A DNA stretch of 64,000 bases, from NCBI GenBank assembly GCA_965224085.1, contig CBDCYI010000005.1, forward strand, positions 256,001 to 320,000. Direction: 5' to 3'. The translations under genes and the position numbers were made by a program. Source of the DNA: Candidatus Marinacidobacterales bacterium. GTDB lineage: Bacteria > Acidobacteriota > Vicinamibacteria > Marinacidobacterales > SMYC01. The notes beneath the pieces are model-generated. The model searched no databases and was not told the DNA's origin. It worked only from the letters and a program-made list of their open reading frames with translations. The first letter of the stretch is position 1; every line of letters starts with the position of its first letter. Shown piece after piece: positions 1-9,669 of the stretch.

Positions 1-1034
1 CCAATGTTCGCCTGCGACGCAACGGCGAGTGTCACCGCGTCGATTCCCACCAGGCGTCCGATGCCGAAGATGACTGCGCCGTGCACCGCCACGGTAGTAG
101 CGGCGAAGTACAGCACCGCGGGGCCGAGGTCAACGATGTTGGCGATCACGGCCTGCGCTCCGTTGCCCGCCAGAAAAAGATGGAGCAAGTAGTTGCCCCA
201 GACCGCGCTGCCCGTCAACGTCTTCACGGCCGGCACCTGGGCGGCGAGCAACACCAACGTGGTGAGTATGAGCACTTCCGGAACAGGAATGAGGGTAGCG
301 AGCCGACCCGCGAACCAAACGAGCCCAATCGCGATCATGCCCAGGGCAGCCGCGTCGGCCAGCGAAATCGGTCGAACGCTGCTGGTGAGTGTGTGGCTCA
401 AGCTCTCGGATTCTCTGGAAGCGGAGCCCGTTTCAGAGGCCGGTGACTCCACGGCCGCCTTCTTCTCTGCATCCACATCTGCGACGGTGGACTGCGCCCC
501 AGGCCCGAGCAACATGGGGATGGTCATGCAAGCCAACAGCCAGACGTTGGTCATGACGACGTCGCCCGCGATCGCCGCGCTGAACATATCCGCGCTTGTG
601 TCGAAGGCGCGAGCCAGCGCAGCGAAGTTCACGCCCCCGCCGGTGTAGGTGCCCGTGTACTGTCCGGCCAGCTTCCACGTTTCCGGGCCTAGCACTTGGT
701 TGAGAGCCAGGCCGGCTCCCGTCGCGCCAATCGCGGTCCCCGCGCCTCCGATAGCGAACGCCACCAGCATTCGCGGCCCGGCTCGGATGATCGAGCGGAC
801 GTCGACGCTCAGGAGGATCAGGACAATTGCGAAGCTGACGCCGGTACTTCTCAGGAAAACGTAAGTCTCAGACCTTCCGGGCAACAGGCCGATGTTGGAC
901 AGCGCCATGGCGGTAAGAATCGCCACCACCACCGATCCTAGCGATCGAAAGAGCCGGTAACGCCCTTGCAGGCGTATCGCGACATGGACAACTATTGCAA
1001 GAACGAGGAGAACAGCAGTCGGATCCGAAATCAC
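1..1034 (-). CDS. DUF819 family membrane protein (3' end runs off the window)
   Basis: Not in the ORF track because it has no stop in the window. Manual minus-strand translation from GTG at 1034 gives MISDPTAVLLVLAIVV...TYTGGGVNFAAL...LAVASQANIG, a multi-TM protein with the GG-VNF and ASQANIG motifs typical of DUF819. Confidence 0.75.
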   Translation of the reverse strand, partial: MISDPTAVLLVLAIVVHVAIRLQGRYRLFRSLGSVVVAILTAMALSNIGLLPGRSETYVFLRSTGVSFAIVLILLSVDVRSIIRAGPRMLVAFAIGGAGTAIGATGAGLALNQVLGPETWKLAGQYTGTYTGGGVNFAALARAFDTSADMFSAAIAGDVVMTNVWLLACMTIPMLLGPGAQSTVADVDAEKKAAVESPASETGSASRESESLSHTLTSSVRPISLADAAALGMIAIGLVWFAGRLATLIPVPEVLILTTLVLLAAQVPAVKTLTGSAVWGNYLLHLFLAGNGAQAVIANIVDLGPAVLYFAATTVAVHGAVIFGIGRLVGIDAVTLAVASQANI

Positions 1035-1146
1035 TTTGCTGGTTCCGAAAAGAGTACTTCTCGCCAAGTCTATATCATCGTGGAACGAGCTATGGCAACC
1101 TTTCCTGTCAGTTTTAGGTGACAAGCTCTTTGCTGGGAATTCCCTG

Positions 1147-1198
1147 GCTTATGGGTTTAGAAGAATAATCAATTGGACTCTGCGCAGGCGTGGATTTA
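1147..1198 (+). repeat. Conserved ~55-bp intergenic element, copy 1
   Basis: gcttatgggtttagaagaataatcaattggactctgc...gattta aligns with the reverse complements of 6653-6708 and 27138-27193. Confidence 0.7.
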
Positions 1199-1303
1199 CT
1201 TTCCTGTAGCGTCAGACATTTGGCGTGCAATCATGGATTAACCTTAACTGTAGGACACAGCTATCCTCGCGCTGGTTCAGCGTAACACCATCTAAAGGGG
1301 TGC

Positions 1304-2887
1304 ATGATGAAACGATCCCGGGTTTTTCTTGCGTTCATGTCTTCGTTCTGGTTGGGCGTTCTCATCCTTTGCCAGGCGATGGCTGTGTCCTGCCAGGCTC
1401 GAGAAGAAAGCGGTTCCCAAGAAGGAGAAACGGCCGAATTGAACGAGAGCGTCGTGAGCTTCGAGCTCCACCAGGCGGAGCTTTTTGCCGAAAGAAGCTC
1501 GCACACCAATGCCTGGGCGGATTTCGACAACGACGGAGACCTGGACTTGTACGTCGGCTTCGGTGGAAAACCGAGCCGTCCCAACGCCCTCTATCAGAAT
1601 GACGGAGGGAGATTCACCGATGTGGCGGGGCAGGTGGGTGTTGCCGATACGGAACAGACCCGGTCGGTCGGCTGGGGAGACTACAACGCTGACGGTCACG
1701 TCGACCTGTACGTGGGATTTTCCGGCGGGTCCCAAACGGGCCCGTCGTTCATTGGGAATCGGCTTTACCGTAACGATGGAGACGGGAAGCATTTCACGGA
1801 CGTGACCCAGTCGGTCGGTCTCGAGCTTGAAGCGGGAGGAGTGAGCCGGCAGATCAGCTTTGTCGATTACGACAACGACGGTGACGTGGATCTGTTCGTC
1901 GCTTTTCGAGGGCGCCCGGACCATTTGTTCCGCAATGATAATGGAAAGTTCACCGATGTCACCAAATCCATGGGTGACGATCCGGGGTCTTCCATGGGGG
2001 CTGTGTGGTTCGATTTCGACGAGGATGGCGACCTCGATATGTACCTCGCCAATATGGACGGATATGCGAACTGCTTTTATCGAAACGATGGCGGGCGTTT
2101 CGTAGAAGTCGCCCAGGAGTTGGGTCTGGACACCGGGGGACGGGAGATAGCCAAAGAACCAGGTTCACATGCCTTTGGAAGCATCCGACCCGACCTCATC
2201 GATTACGACAACGATGGCGACCTGGATATTTACATGACCAACCTGGGTACCGTAGACGCGCTCTATCGAAACGACGGCAAAGGCCAGTTCGTCAACGTCT
2301 CTGACCAGGTGGGTTTGACCAATGACGGTTATCGGGGCACCGCTACCTGGGCGGATTTTGACAACGATGGGCGGATCGACGTTTACGTCCTGGGAACCGT
2401 GTATCGCAACGAGGGGAACGCGTTTCGCGACGTGACGCCGTCGGTAGTAACTGAAAATGTTGGAGGCTATGGCGTGCAGTCGGCTGATTTCGATGGTGAT
2501 GGAGATATGGACCTCGCGTTTTCGAGCAGAAACCATTACCTCTTTCGCAACCTGCTGGGGGAAGACGGCCGTCGCCGTTCTTTGCAGGTGTTGGTTCTCG
2601 ATGGAAAGGGCCACTACACGCGCGCCGGCTCGGAAGTACGGCTCTACCGGGCCGGAACACGGAATCTGCTCGGAACACGAATCGTTGAGACGGGTTCGGG
2701 TTACGGCTCCCACAACGCCATCCCCGTTCACTTCGGATTGGGAGAGGAAGGGCAGGTTGACGTGGAAATCACCACCATGACCCCGACTGGACGCAAGGTT
2801 GGCCGCCTCTCGAACGTCGATCCAGGATCTCAGGCCGGCTCCGCCATCACCGTGAAGGTGGATGCCGACGGGAAGGTGGTGGAGTAG
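1304..2887 (+). CDS. CRTAC1 family / FG-GAP repeat protein with C-terminal ASPIC-UnbV domain, exported
   Basis: Signal peptide; repeated D[FY]DNDGDLD motifs; C-terminal GSGYGSHNAIPVHFGLG. Confidence 0.88.
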   Translation: MMKRSRVFLAFMSSFWLGVLILCQAMAVSCQAREESGSQEGETAELNESVVSFELHQAELFAERSSHTNAWADFDNDGDLDLYVGFGGKPSRPNALYQNDGGRFTDVAGQVGVADTEQTRSVGWGDYNADGHVDLYVGFSGGSQTGPSFIGNRLYRNDGDGKHFTDVTQSVGLELEAGGVSRQISFVDYDNDGDVDLFVAFRGRPDHLFRNDNGKFTDVTKSMGDDPGSSMGAVWFDFDEDGDLDMYLANMDGYANCFYRNDGGRFVEVAQELGLDTGGREIAKEPGSHAFGSIRPDLIDYDNDGDLDIYMTNLGTVDALYRNDGKGQFVNVSDQVGLTNDGYRGTATWADFDNDGRIDVYVLGTVYRNEGNAFRDVTPSVVTENVGGYGVQSADFDGDGDMDLAFSSRNHYLFRNLLGEDGRRRSLQVLVLDGKGHYTRAGSEVRLYRAGTRNLLGTRIVETGSGYGSHNAIPVHFGLGEEGQVDVEITTMTPTGRKVGRLSNVDPGSQAGSAITVKVDADGKVVE

Positions 2888-2904
2888 AAGAGCAGTTCAG
2901 CAGC

Positions 2905-4077
2905 CTATGCTCCCACCTGCATCTTTCCTGCGCGGAAGTCTTCCTGGAATCTGTCGATCTGCTCCAGGCCCGCGCGCACGTCGGCCGCCGGCGTGCCCGG
3001 ACCGAAGCCGAGGCGCACGTAGCCCTCGTAGCCGTAACAGCTGCCCGGAATGATGTACGTCCGGTAGGGCTCCTTCAGCAGCCCGACACACAGGTCCCAG
3101 GACGGAAGGTCCAGCTCGAACGACGGGAAGGACAGGAAGCCGCCCTCCGGCGGGACCCAGTTGAAGACGTTGCTGGATCGCATCCACTGGGAGATGAGGT
3201 CATAGCTCTCTCGCGCCGCCTCCATGCTCTTGCCGGCGAGACTCCAGAGCTTGTCCTTCTCGAGCGCCGCCATCGCCACCGTCTCGTCCAGCCGGCTTTC
3301 CTGGTGGAGCGTGATGTAGTACTTCAGCTCCATGCAACGCTCGAGGAAGTCGCGGTCCTGGGTCGCGAACCATCCCAGGCGGGTGCCGCTGAGGCCGAGG
3401 ATCTTGGAAATGCTGCCGGTCGCCACGCCGCGCTCGTAGACATTGACGATGGTTGGCGACAATTCCTTGCTCCATTCCATACCGCGATAGATCTCGTCGG
3501 AGATGACGTAGGTGCCATGCTTGCGGGCCAGATCGCAGATCGTGGTGAGCTCGCTTTCGGTCAGCATCGCCCCGGTCGGATTGTTGGGATGGCAAATGTA
3601 GATGAGCTTGGTCTTGTCGGTGAGCAGGCCCTTCAGCTCGTCGAGGTCGAACTTCCAATTCAGCTCCGGTCGGCGGCGTAGAAGCTTGACCTTTGCCTTC
3701 AAGGCCTCGCCCAGCACTCTCGGTTGCTCCCAGGAGGGGGTTTCGACGATGGCTTCGTCGCCCGGCTCCAGAATCGAGGTCATGGCGATAAAGTTCGACA
3801 TCTGGGTGCCGAGCGTGATCAGAACGTTGTTCGCCCCCAGGTCATAGCGGAAGGTGTCGGCAACACGCGCTCGCAGCGGCGGAAAGCCGTAACGGTTCCC
3901 CGACTTGATCAGCGGTGTCTCTGGCGGGAAGCCGCCGTCGATGATGTCGCCCAGCGTCCAGGCAATCCCTTCCGGGCTGATGAGCTGGTTGACCGTCCAT
4001 TTCTGGTTCTCGACGTCCCAACCGAGGTCACGGCCGATGTTGAAGAAGTCACTGAGTTTCTGCGATCTGATTTCCAC
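2905..4077 (-). CDS. PLP-dependent aminotransferase class I/II (capreomycidine synthase-like subgroup)
   Basis: HPNNPTG, SDEIY, and SISKILGLSGTRLGW carrying the PLP lysine. Confidence 0.85.
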   Translation of the reverse strand: MEIRSQKLSDFFNIGRDLGWDVENQKWTVNQLISPEGIAWTLGDIIDGGFPPETPLIKSGNRYGFPPLRARVADTFRYDLGANNVLITLGTQMSNFIAMTSILEPGDEAIVETPSWEQPRVLGEALKAKVKLLRRRPELNWKFDLDELKGLLTDKTKLIYICHPNNPTGAMLTESELTTICDLARKHGTYVISDEIYRGMEWSKELSPTIVNVYERGVATGSISKILGLSGTRLGWFATQDRDFLERCMELKYYITLHQESRLDETVAMAALEKDKLWSLAGKSMEAARESYDLISQWMRSSNVFNWVPPEGGFLSFPSFELDLPSWDLCVGLLKEPYRTYIIPGSCYGYEGYVRLGFGPGTPAADVRAGLEQIDRFQEDFRAGKMQVGA

Positions 4078-4115
4078 CTTTTTACTCCACTACCACGTCA
4101 AGAAGTCAGCGCCTT

Positions 4116-6617
4116 TCAACGCCCTGAGCTCCCGGACGACGTTTGTCGGAGACCCGCTTTTCCTCGCCGCTCGAAAACAAGCTCGCCGTCGATGAAGACC
4201 ATCTGAGGAAGCACATGGTAATCGAAGGGGTGTCCTTCCAGAACCATGAAATCGGCGTCCTTCCCCACATCGATGCTACCGATCCGATCCTCCATACCGA
4301 TCATCTCGGCGGCGTTCAAAGTGACCATTTTCAGCGCCTCCTGCTCGGGCGTGCCGTTGCGGAACGCCCAGGCCGCGTTGAGGGCGGGCTCGCCCCCGAG
4401 GGTTCCGGTTGGCATGACCCGGCGGGTGCCGTTGGCTCCGAAGAAGGACACGGTTACTCCAGCCTTACTCAACAACGCCGGGCTCTGATCGTTGTAGTTC
4501 TTGCCACCGCCGCGGATGGACTCGTACGAGCCGTTGACCCCTCCTGAGTTTCCAAGAATCACGCTGACATGAGCTCGCGCCAGGTCGCCTGCGATTTTGT
4601 GGGCTTGCACGGCGCCGGCAATAATCAGACGCAGGTTGTAGTCTTCAGAGATCTTCATGGCGGTCCGGATCTCCTCTACCGTATTGGCTTGAAAGATGGC
4701 GGGAACGTCTCCTTCCAGTAACGGACGGAGCGCCTCGAATCGCTGATTGTAGGCTCCCGGCTCAGCCTGCTCGAGATATTGCTTTGCCGCGTCCAGGGTG
4801 TTCCGGATCATGTGAACCGCCGTCTCCAGGGTCACTTCCACCTGAGAGTCCTTCGCCCAGAAACGGATCGAGCTGGGCGCGGCAGAGAACACCACCGAGC
4901 TCGGTGACATCCTCACCATCTTTTCCACGTTCATCCCCGCCGTCTTGATCACCACCCCTCGTCCACCGATCAGGTTGAGAATACCGGGCGTGATATTCTG
5001 AGCGGTAACGCCGACCTGGCGGATGACCTCGAAAGACGGGAACCAGGGATCGAAAGCAAAGCGGGCGTCCATCTCGGGCACGATGGGCTCGATGTTCTCA
5101 TCGTTTTGAATCTGCCACGTCAGATCTCCCATCCAATCGTTGGGAAAGGCACGGGGACTGACAAAGCCTGGCAAAACGATCCGTCCGCCGAGGTCCAATG
5201 ACGGGACGCCCCGCGGCGCGCTGCCGCCGGCGCCCACGTCGGTGATCTTGCCATCCTCGACGAGAATCCTTCCGTTGGGAATGTTTCCCTGACTCACGGT
5301 AAAGATGTGGGCGTTGGTCAGGGCGAAGGTCTTCTGGTCCGCCTGCAATCGGCCCTTGACCGGCCGGAACGGTCCCACCTTGGTGGGGGCCGCCGTTTGC
5401 CTCCATTGCTTGCGCTCGAACTCCAGGACGCCGTCCACGAAAACCTTTTCGATCCTCTCGGCATGGAGGTCGAAGGGTGGACCGTTCATGAGAACCAGGT
5501 CGGCATCCTTGCCCACTTCGATGCTGCCGATGCGCTCATCGAGCATCATGGCCTTGGCGCCGTTGATGGTCAGAGCCTCGAGCGCGTGCTCCTCCGTAAG
5601 CCCGTGGCGGATGAGGAAGGAGCCGTACTCCCGGAAACACTTCGCCTGCTCGGCGCCTTTGTCGGTTTGAATGCTCGCCGCGACTCCGGCTTCCATCAAC
5701 TCCTTGACGACGTTGTGGGAAACGCGGTCGCCGTAGAATCGAACGATGAACCCCGGACCGATCACCGGGATGATCTTGGTCTTGGCGAGGATGTCTGCAA
5801 TGGGGAAGACGTCCTGGACGTGACTGAGAGCCAGCCGGTCGATGAAGCCGTACTCCCGGGCCAGGTGCATCCCCATCATCACTTCGCCGGGATAATGAGA
5901 ATGGAGGTGAACCATCACGTCGCCTCGCACAACCGCAGCGAAAGCTTCCAGCCTCTCGTTCACTTCCGGTTTATCCCGCTTGCCTGCTTCGTAGTCCTCC
6001 CAATCCTTCAAGTACGCTTTTGCCCGCCGGAAGTACTCGCTGGCGGTGGCGTACCAGCCCATGATCGTGGCCGGGGTCTGATCGGGCCGTAGCCGGATCA
6101 AGGGACGGATGGCCATTTTCAAATCCACATACGGCTTGAGAATCATGTCCTTGGACGGATCGCCCTTCAACTTCACCGCCACCGCCTGGCCGCTGCTGAT
6201 AATCCCGCTGCCCGAGCGGGTGATCATGCTGGTGACGCCTCCGGACAGCGCGATGGGGATCATCGGATCGGTAGGATCGAAGTGATCCACCGCTTTCCAC
6301 TCTGCCGTCACGGGCCCGGGCGGTCGATTCCCTCCGAAGCTCCGGTCGAGGGCCATGTGGGAGTGAGCGTCGATCATGCCAGGCATGACCACCTCGGCGC
6401 TGAATTCGCGAGCCCCCGCCGGGGCATCGACGTTGGTTCCCACCTGCTGGATCTTTCCTCCCTCGATGAGAATCTGACCGTTTTTGATCGTTCCGCTCGT
6501 CACCGTATAGATTTTCTTGGCTTTGATAACCGTGGGGAGGGATTGCGCAACGACCGCGGTCGATCCCAGAGGCAAGGCCAATGAGAGAAGCGCAACCTGG
6601 ACTGGCCTGGTTTTCAT
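4116..6617 (-). CDS. Exported tandem (two-domain) amidohydrolase family protein
   Basis: Start taken at MKTRPV (RBS GGAGG) with a signal peptide. Domain 1 has PGMIDAHSH; both domains end in GSIxVGKDAD. Confidence 0.85.
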   Translation of the reverse strand: MKTRPVQVALLSLALPLGSTAVVAQSLPTVIKAKKIYTVTSGTIKNGQILIEGGKIQQVGTNVDAPAGAREFSAEVVMPGMIDAHSHMALDRSFGGNRPPGPVTAEWKAVDHFDPTDPMIPIALSGGVTSMITRSGSGIISSGQAVAVKLKGDPSKDMILKPYVDLKMAIRPLIRLRPDQTPATIMGWYATASEYFRRAKAYLKDWEDYEAGKRDKPEVNERLEAFAAVVRGDVMVHLHSHYPGEVMMGMHLAREYGFIDRLALSHVQDVFPIADILAKTKIIPVIGPGFIVRFYGDRVSHNVVKELMEAGVAASIQTDKGAEQAKCFREYGSFLIRHGLTEEHALEALTINGAKAMMLDERIGSIEVGKDADLVLMNGPPFDLHAERIEKVFVDGVLEFERKQWRQTAAPTKVGPFRPVKGRLQADQKTFALTNAHIFTVSQGNIPNGRILVEDGKITDVGAGGSAPRGVPSLDLGGRIVLPGFVSPRAFPNDWMGDLTWQIQNDENIEPIVPEMDARFAFDPWFPSFEVIRQVGVTAQNITPGILNLIGGRGVVIKTAGMNVEKMVRMSPSSVVFSAAPSSIRFWAKDSQVEVTLETAVHMIRNTLDAAKQYLEQAEPGAYNQRFEALRPLLEGDVPAIFQANTVEEIRTAMKISEDYNLRLIIAGAVQAHKIAGDLARAHVSVILGNSGGVNGSYESIRGGGKNYNDQSPALLSKAGVTVSFFGANGTRRVMPTGTLGGEPALNAAWAFRNGTPEQEALKMVTLNAAEMIGMEDRIGSIDVGKDADFMVLEGHPFDYHVLPQMVFIDGELVFERRGKAGLRQTSSGSSGR

Positions 6618-6652
6618 TTCGAATCCTCCACCCTCACTCTTACCCACATCTA

Positions 6653-6708
6653 CGCTAATTCGGCTCCGGCTGCTGAGTCCAATTGATTGCGCTTCTAAGG
6701 CTATAAGC
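6653..6708 (-). repeat. Conserved ~55-bp intergenic element, copy 2
   Basis: Minus strand reads gcttatagccttagaagcgcaatcaattggactcagcagccggagccgaattagcg. Confidence 0.75.
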
Positions 6709-6724
6709 AAAACTGTGCTGTTGC

Positions 6725-8380
6725 TTAGCTCTGGTCGCTCGTTGCCTGGACATAGTTATCCAACATATCTACCAGGTACTTCTCCGCGTCGGCCAGCCCG
6801 GCGATTTTACCATCTCCTTCAATCACCATGTACTCGTCAATGTTTCCGCGCCCTCCGCCCCCGATGACCCCACCTCGAATACAGGGCACGCCATATGTAT
6901 TCGGAACGACCGTCCAGGGGCCACCGCCGGCTTGAATCGGCCAGATCACACTTTGCACGCGCCAATCCTGTAGGGTTTTGAGCGTCGATTGGACGGCCGG
7001 CTCAGAGAGCGACGTTTGAGAATGGCTGAAGGCAGCAAACACTTCCAACTCGATGTCTGAGTAACCTTGTTTGTCCAAGTGGCGTCGTAGACAGCCGATG
7101 ATCTCCTCAGGAGACATATCCACCACCAGCCGCATGTCGAGCGTCGCCGTGGCTCGATCAGGGATGATGTATGGGATCGTGGTCGTCTCCGGTCCCAGAA
7201 AGCCGCTCCGTAGGCCGGCGATATTTAAGGTGGGTCCGTACAGGAAATTGATCAAGGGATCCATCCCCTCAGTGCCCCCTGTCGGCAGAGGGACATTATT
7301 GGCACCACCCAAGGGAAGCGCATCCCGCCAATCCCGGCCGGCAAAACGAGCGGCCAGCCTTTCCAGTAGCTCCTGCTCCTCGGCGGTCAAAGGCTTGCGG
7401 TAGGTCCAAAGCTTCTCCAACCCTTCGACCTTGCAACCCCGCCCGTGTTGGTCGGTTAGGGTAGCCAGGGCCTGGGCCAGACGAAAAGGCGGGCAATCTA
7501 CCAGAGAAGCCGCCGCACTGTGCAAAGTGTTGACCGGGCCCCGACCCCAACTGGAGCCGCTGGCGGTGAGCTCGACAACGACCATGCCTTTCAACCCCAG
7601 ACCGATGGAGACCGTTCCGCTGGCATCCTGAGTGCTGGCCGGGCAGAAGCTGGCTTGCACCTGCTTTAGACGATCATGGTAACGCTCCACAAAATCGTAG
7701 TAGCTAGGGCTACCCATGATCTCTTCACCTTCTGCCAGAAACATGATATTGACCGGTAGCGTACCTTCGACTGCAATGATGGCAGCCAGGACATTGAGCC
7801 AGGCCACATAGGGCCCCTTTGCCCCCATCGCCCCCCGACCCACCAGGACCTTGGGGTAAGGTCCCACCGAAACGAGCTCAGCTCCCCAGGGATCATAGTG
7901 CCAGTCACCCGCTTGGACGGTTCGGGTGTCGAACATGCAATAGTTGTGGACCGTCAGAGGCGCCCCCGCATCGTAATAGGCCCACACACCCGGGTGGTAC
8001 CGTCCTTCGATGATTTCTACTTCCTGACAACCCAGGTTCCGGTAGGATTTGGCGACCAATTCAGCGCATTCGCGCATTCCCAGATTGTCCCAACTAACGC
8101 TTTTCTGTCGTACCCATTGCTGGATATGAGAGATGTGCTCATCTTGATGATGATCGATGTAACGTTGGATTGCTTCACGATTCAATTTAGGACTCCGCTT
8201 TTCGACTACATTCAGTTTGCTAGCTCGATACTTCGATGGAATGCACCCGGTGATTAGCTTGATTCGTGCGGTGGTAATTGCAGACCTCTCTATCGTACCC
8301 CGTCCTTCTGGATGAGCACTACCACACTGGGGCCCAACAGGTTCCTCGTTGGCCACTCGCTTCTTCTTTACCGATGCCAC
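6725..8380 (-). CDS. M20/M25/M40 family peptidase-like protein (degenerate metal ligands; start uncertain)
   Basis: HPGVW, GRGA..KG, LPVNIMFLAEGEE..GS, LGLKG, PTLNIAGL and DMRLV match the M20 dipeptidase-like fold. Confidence 0.8.
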   Translation of the reverse strand: MASVKKKRVANEEPVGPQCGSAHPEGRGTIERSAITTARIKLITGCIPSKYRASKLNVVEKRSPKLNREAIQRYIDHHQDEHISHIQQWVRQKSVSWDNLGMRECAELVAKSYRNLGCQEVEIIEGRYHPGVWAYYDAGAPLTVHNYCMFDTRTVQAGDWHYDPWGAELVSVGPYPKVLVGRGAMGAKGPYVAWLNVLAAIIAVEGTLPVNIMFLAEGEEIMGSPSYYDFVERYHDRLKQVQASFCPASTQDASGTVSIGLGLKGMVVVELTASGSSWGRGPVNTLHSAAASLVDCPPFRLAQALATLTDQHGRGCKVEGLEKLWTYRKPLTAEEQELLERLAARFAGRDWRDALPLGGANNVPLPTGGTEGMDPLINFLYGPTLNIAGLRSGFLGPETTTIPYIIPDRATATLDMRLVVDMSPEEIIGCLRRHLDKQGYSDIELEVFAAFSHSQTSLSEPAVQSTLKTLQDWRVQSVIWPIQAGGGPWTVVPNTYGVPCIRGGVIGGGGRGNIDEYMVIEGDGKIAGLADAEKYLVDMLDNYVQATSDQS

Positions 8381-8455
8381 GCTTCTCCCGGAAGGCCGCG
8401 ACAGGTCATCTTGAGCCGCTCCGCCGTGAAGTTAGGAACCAGATCACTGAGGCGC

Positions 8456-9652
8456 TTAGCGCTGACGCTCACGAGGTTCCGTTTTTTCCGCAGCACCACC
8501 TGACAGGGATTCGATGAAAGGCCGAATTCTCACGAGGGCTTCGGTCACTCGCTCTTCGGGTTGGACTAGGGAGATACGAACGTAGCCCTGCCATTGAGCT
8601 CCAAACGCGTTGCCCGGAAACAGAAGCACCCGGGCTTCGAGGAGAAGGCGCCGGCAAAATTCGTCGGCGGGAAGACCGTAACGCGATATGTCAGCCCAGA
8701 CGAAGAACGCTCCGCCGGGGCGGCTGTAGGGAATGTTCATCGCATCCAGTCCCTGCATCATGACCTTGCGACGTCCCGCGAAGGTACGGAGACTCTCTCG
8801 GGTGACATCCTGAGGCCCGGTGAGAGCCGCTAGCCCGGCGCATTGCGAGAAAAGCGGACAGGGCCCGGAAATAACTTCCTTCAGACGCGCTACGCCATCG
8901 ACGAACGCGGGTGGGCCAATGAGGTACCCGACGCGGAAGCCGGTCATCGCATAGGTTTTCGAAAAAGCGGAGAGCGTCACGGCCCGTTCACGCATACCTT
9001 CACATTGAACAACCGACATGAACGCGGCACCGTCGTAGATCTGTCCTTCGTAAACCTCGTCCGAGACGACGACAAGTCCCGTCTCGCGCGCTACCTCCGC
9101 AATTTCGAGAACACCTTCCCGCGGGACCAGCGCGCCGGTGGGATTGCTGGGGTTCGGGAAGATGAGGAGCTTTGCGGATCCTGCGCGGGCGCGAAGCTCT
9201 TTGGATTCGAGCTCGAAATCGTGCTGCCGGTCCGTCGGCACGATCAGGATCCGGCCTCCGGCGGCCTCGACGGCCTGGTCGTAGGAGGAGTACCTCGGGT
9301 CGGGCACGAGCACAGCGTCACCGGGGTTGACGAGCGCCAGCACGGTCAGGAACAGCCCCTCCTGGGCTCCATTCGTGATGAGAATCTCCGCTTCAGGATC
9401 GAAAACGATGCCTTTATCCTTCTGGTAGCGCGCCGCCACCGCCGCGCGGAGGGGTTTTAGACCGCGTGGATCTAAGGACGATTTATGCTTCGCTATCTCC
9501 CGCATGGCGTCTCGGATGATGTGAGGCGCTGTATCGAGATCGGGGTCGCCGATACCGAGCGCGATCACATCGCTCAGCGTGGCTGACATCTGCATGAGGC
9601 TGTAGCGACTCTGGGTTGCTCGTTCACCGGGCGAAGCGACCGGATTCTCCAT
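8456..9652 (-). CDS. PLP-dependent aminotransferase class I/II (aspartate aminotransferase-like)
   Basis: LGIGDPD, ITNGAQEG, NPSNPTG, SDEVY, AFSKTYAMTGFRVG; start taken at MENPVAS. Confidence 0.9.
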   Translation of the reverse strand: MENPVASPGERATQSRYSLMQMSATLSDVIALGIGDPDLDTAPHIIRDAMREIAKHKSSLDPRGLKPLRAAVAARYQKDKGIVFDPEAEILITNGAQEGLFLTVLALVNPGDAVLVPDPRYSSYDQAVEAAGGRILIVPTDRQHDFELESKELRARAGSAKLLIFPNPSNPTGALVPREGVLEIAEVARETGLVVVSDEVYEGQIYDGAAFMSVVQCEGMRERAVTLSAFSKTYAMTGFRVGYLIGPPAFVDGVARLKEVISGPCPLFSQCAGLAALTGPQDVTRESLRTFAGRRKVMMQGLDAMNIPYSRPGGAFFVWADISRYGLPADEFCRRLLLEARVLLFPGNAFGAQWQGYVRISLVQPEERVTEALVRIRPFIESLSGGAAEKTEPRERQR

Positions 9653-9669
9653 GGTCTCTACTCTTCTCT

